From contig FP565575.1 in the NCBI GenBank assembly GCA_000091165.1, forward strand, positions 270,001-302,000: a stretch of 32,000 bases of DNA. Direction: 5' to 3'. This document shows, in pieces, positions 31,629 to 32,000 of this stretch. The translations under genes and the position numbers were made by a program. The stretch comes from Candidatus Methylomirabilis oxygeniifera. Lineage in GTDB: Bacteria; Methylomirabilota; Methylomirabilia; Methylomirabilales; Methylomirabilaceae. The notes under the pieces were generated by a model. The model did not search any database, was not told the origin of the DNA, and saw only the letters and a list, made by a program, of their open reading frames with translations. Numbering within the stretch: the stretch's first letter is position 1; every line of letters starts with the position of its first letter.

Positions 31629-32000
31629 ATGGCCCCATCGGTTGTTGACTGCCCAGCAGGTAGAAGAGTCAAGCGGGTCCGACTGGACCTTGCCGTGCAG
31701 ACACAAGGTCTGACGGCAAGCCGCGAGCGGGCCAGGGCGCTTATTCTTGCCGGCCAGGTGCTGGTCGATGACCGCATGGTGGACAAGGCGGGGACCCTGG
31801 TAGCGGAAGACGCGCGGATTGCGCTCAAGACCCCCGAACATCCGTACGTGGGGCGCGGGGGCGTCAAGCTTCACGGCGCGCTGGAGCAGTTCGTCATCTC
31901 CGTAACCGGTCGCGTCTGCCTCGACCTGGGCGCATCGACGGGGGGATTTACCGACTGCCTGCTTCAGCATGGTGCCGCTCGCGTCTATGCCGTCGATGTC
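31629..32000 (+). CDS. tlyA: TlyA-family rRNA (cytidine-2'-O)-methyltransferase, N-terminal part (3' end outside window)
   Basis: This frame-3 ORF, open to the window end, is absent from the track. S4-like domain RVRLDLAVQTQGLTASRERARALILAGQVLVDDRMVDKAGTLV, then PYVGRGGVKLHGALEQF and the SAM motif CLDLGASTGGFTDCLLQHGAARVYAVDV. An alternative in-frame start is ATG 31608. Confidence 0.85.
   Translation, partial: MAPSVVDCPAGRRVKRVRLDLAVQTQGLTASRERARALILAGQVLVDDRMVDKAGTLVAEDARIALKTPEHPYVGRGGVKLHGALEQFVISVTGRVCLDLGASTGGFTDCLLQHGAARVYAVDV

Noticed and set aside
31053-31970. 305-aa minus-strand ORF across ispA and tlyA. Similar antisense or out-of-frame ORFs occur at 127-825, 9260-9928, 10210-11034, 15759-16688, 20454-21071 and 28267-28992
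   Set aside because: All are opposite to, or out of frame with, genes carrying unambiguous family motifs. Their translations are Arg/Pro/Gly-rich and lack start-site features.

Overview
High-GC bacterial chromosomal window; hand-counted 60-nt lines are mostly about 60-70% G+C. I cannot assign a taxon from sequence alone. Bases 1-20457 look like an accessory cell-envelope island. It holds four GT2 glycosyltransferases, three of them Dpm1/GtrB-like. It also holds four large polytopic GT-C-like membrane proteins: two YfhO-like and two PMT/TMTC-like, one of which is fused to TPR repeats. A separate TPR protein and a B12-binding radical SAM enzyme are present. There is an exosortase-family gene with an unusual short N-terminus and a long C-terminal extension. 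Four secreted proteins are encoded. One has a 24xThr linker and an IPTLxxWG/IPTL-CTERM-type sorting tail. Two are tandemly duplicated collagen-like (Gly-X-Thr/Ala) proteins. One is an orphan. I see no Wzx/Wzy/Wza/Wzc, initiating phosphoglycosyltransferase or nucleotide-sugar genes, so I read the island as a candidate surface-protein glycosylation plus sorting locus rather than a classical EPS/O-antigen cluster. This reading is an inference. One 1.8-kb gene in the island (17903-19690) drops to about 35-45% G+C with sharp edges. Bases 20535-32000 are housekeeping: lptG and lptF, a CPBP intramembrane protease, a BNR/Asp-box protein, comEC, and xseA-xseB-ispA-tlyA. A short G/C-run palindromic repeat family (GAAAACCCCC..CCCCCTTTnnnAAAGGGGG) occurs at least five times. 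One copy sits in-frame inside ispA. No rRNA, tRNA, CRISPR, transposase or integrase was recognised. Gene starts are best guesses from RBS and context. Family calls come from motif recognition only, with no searches run.
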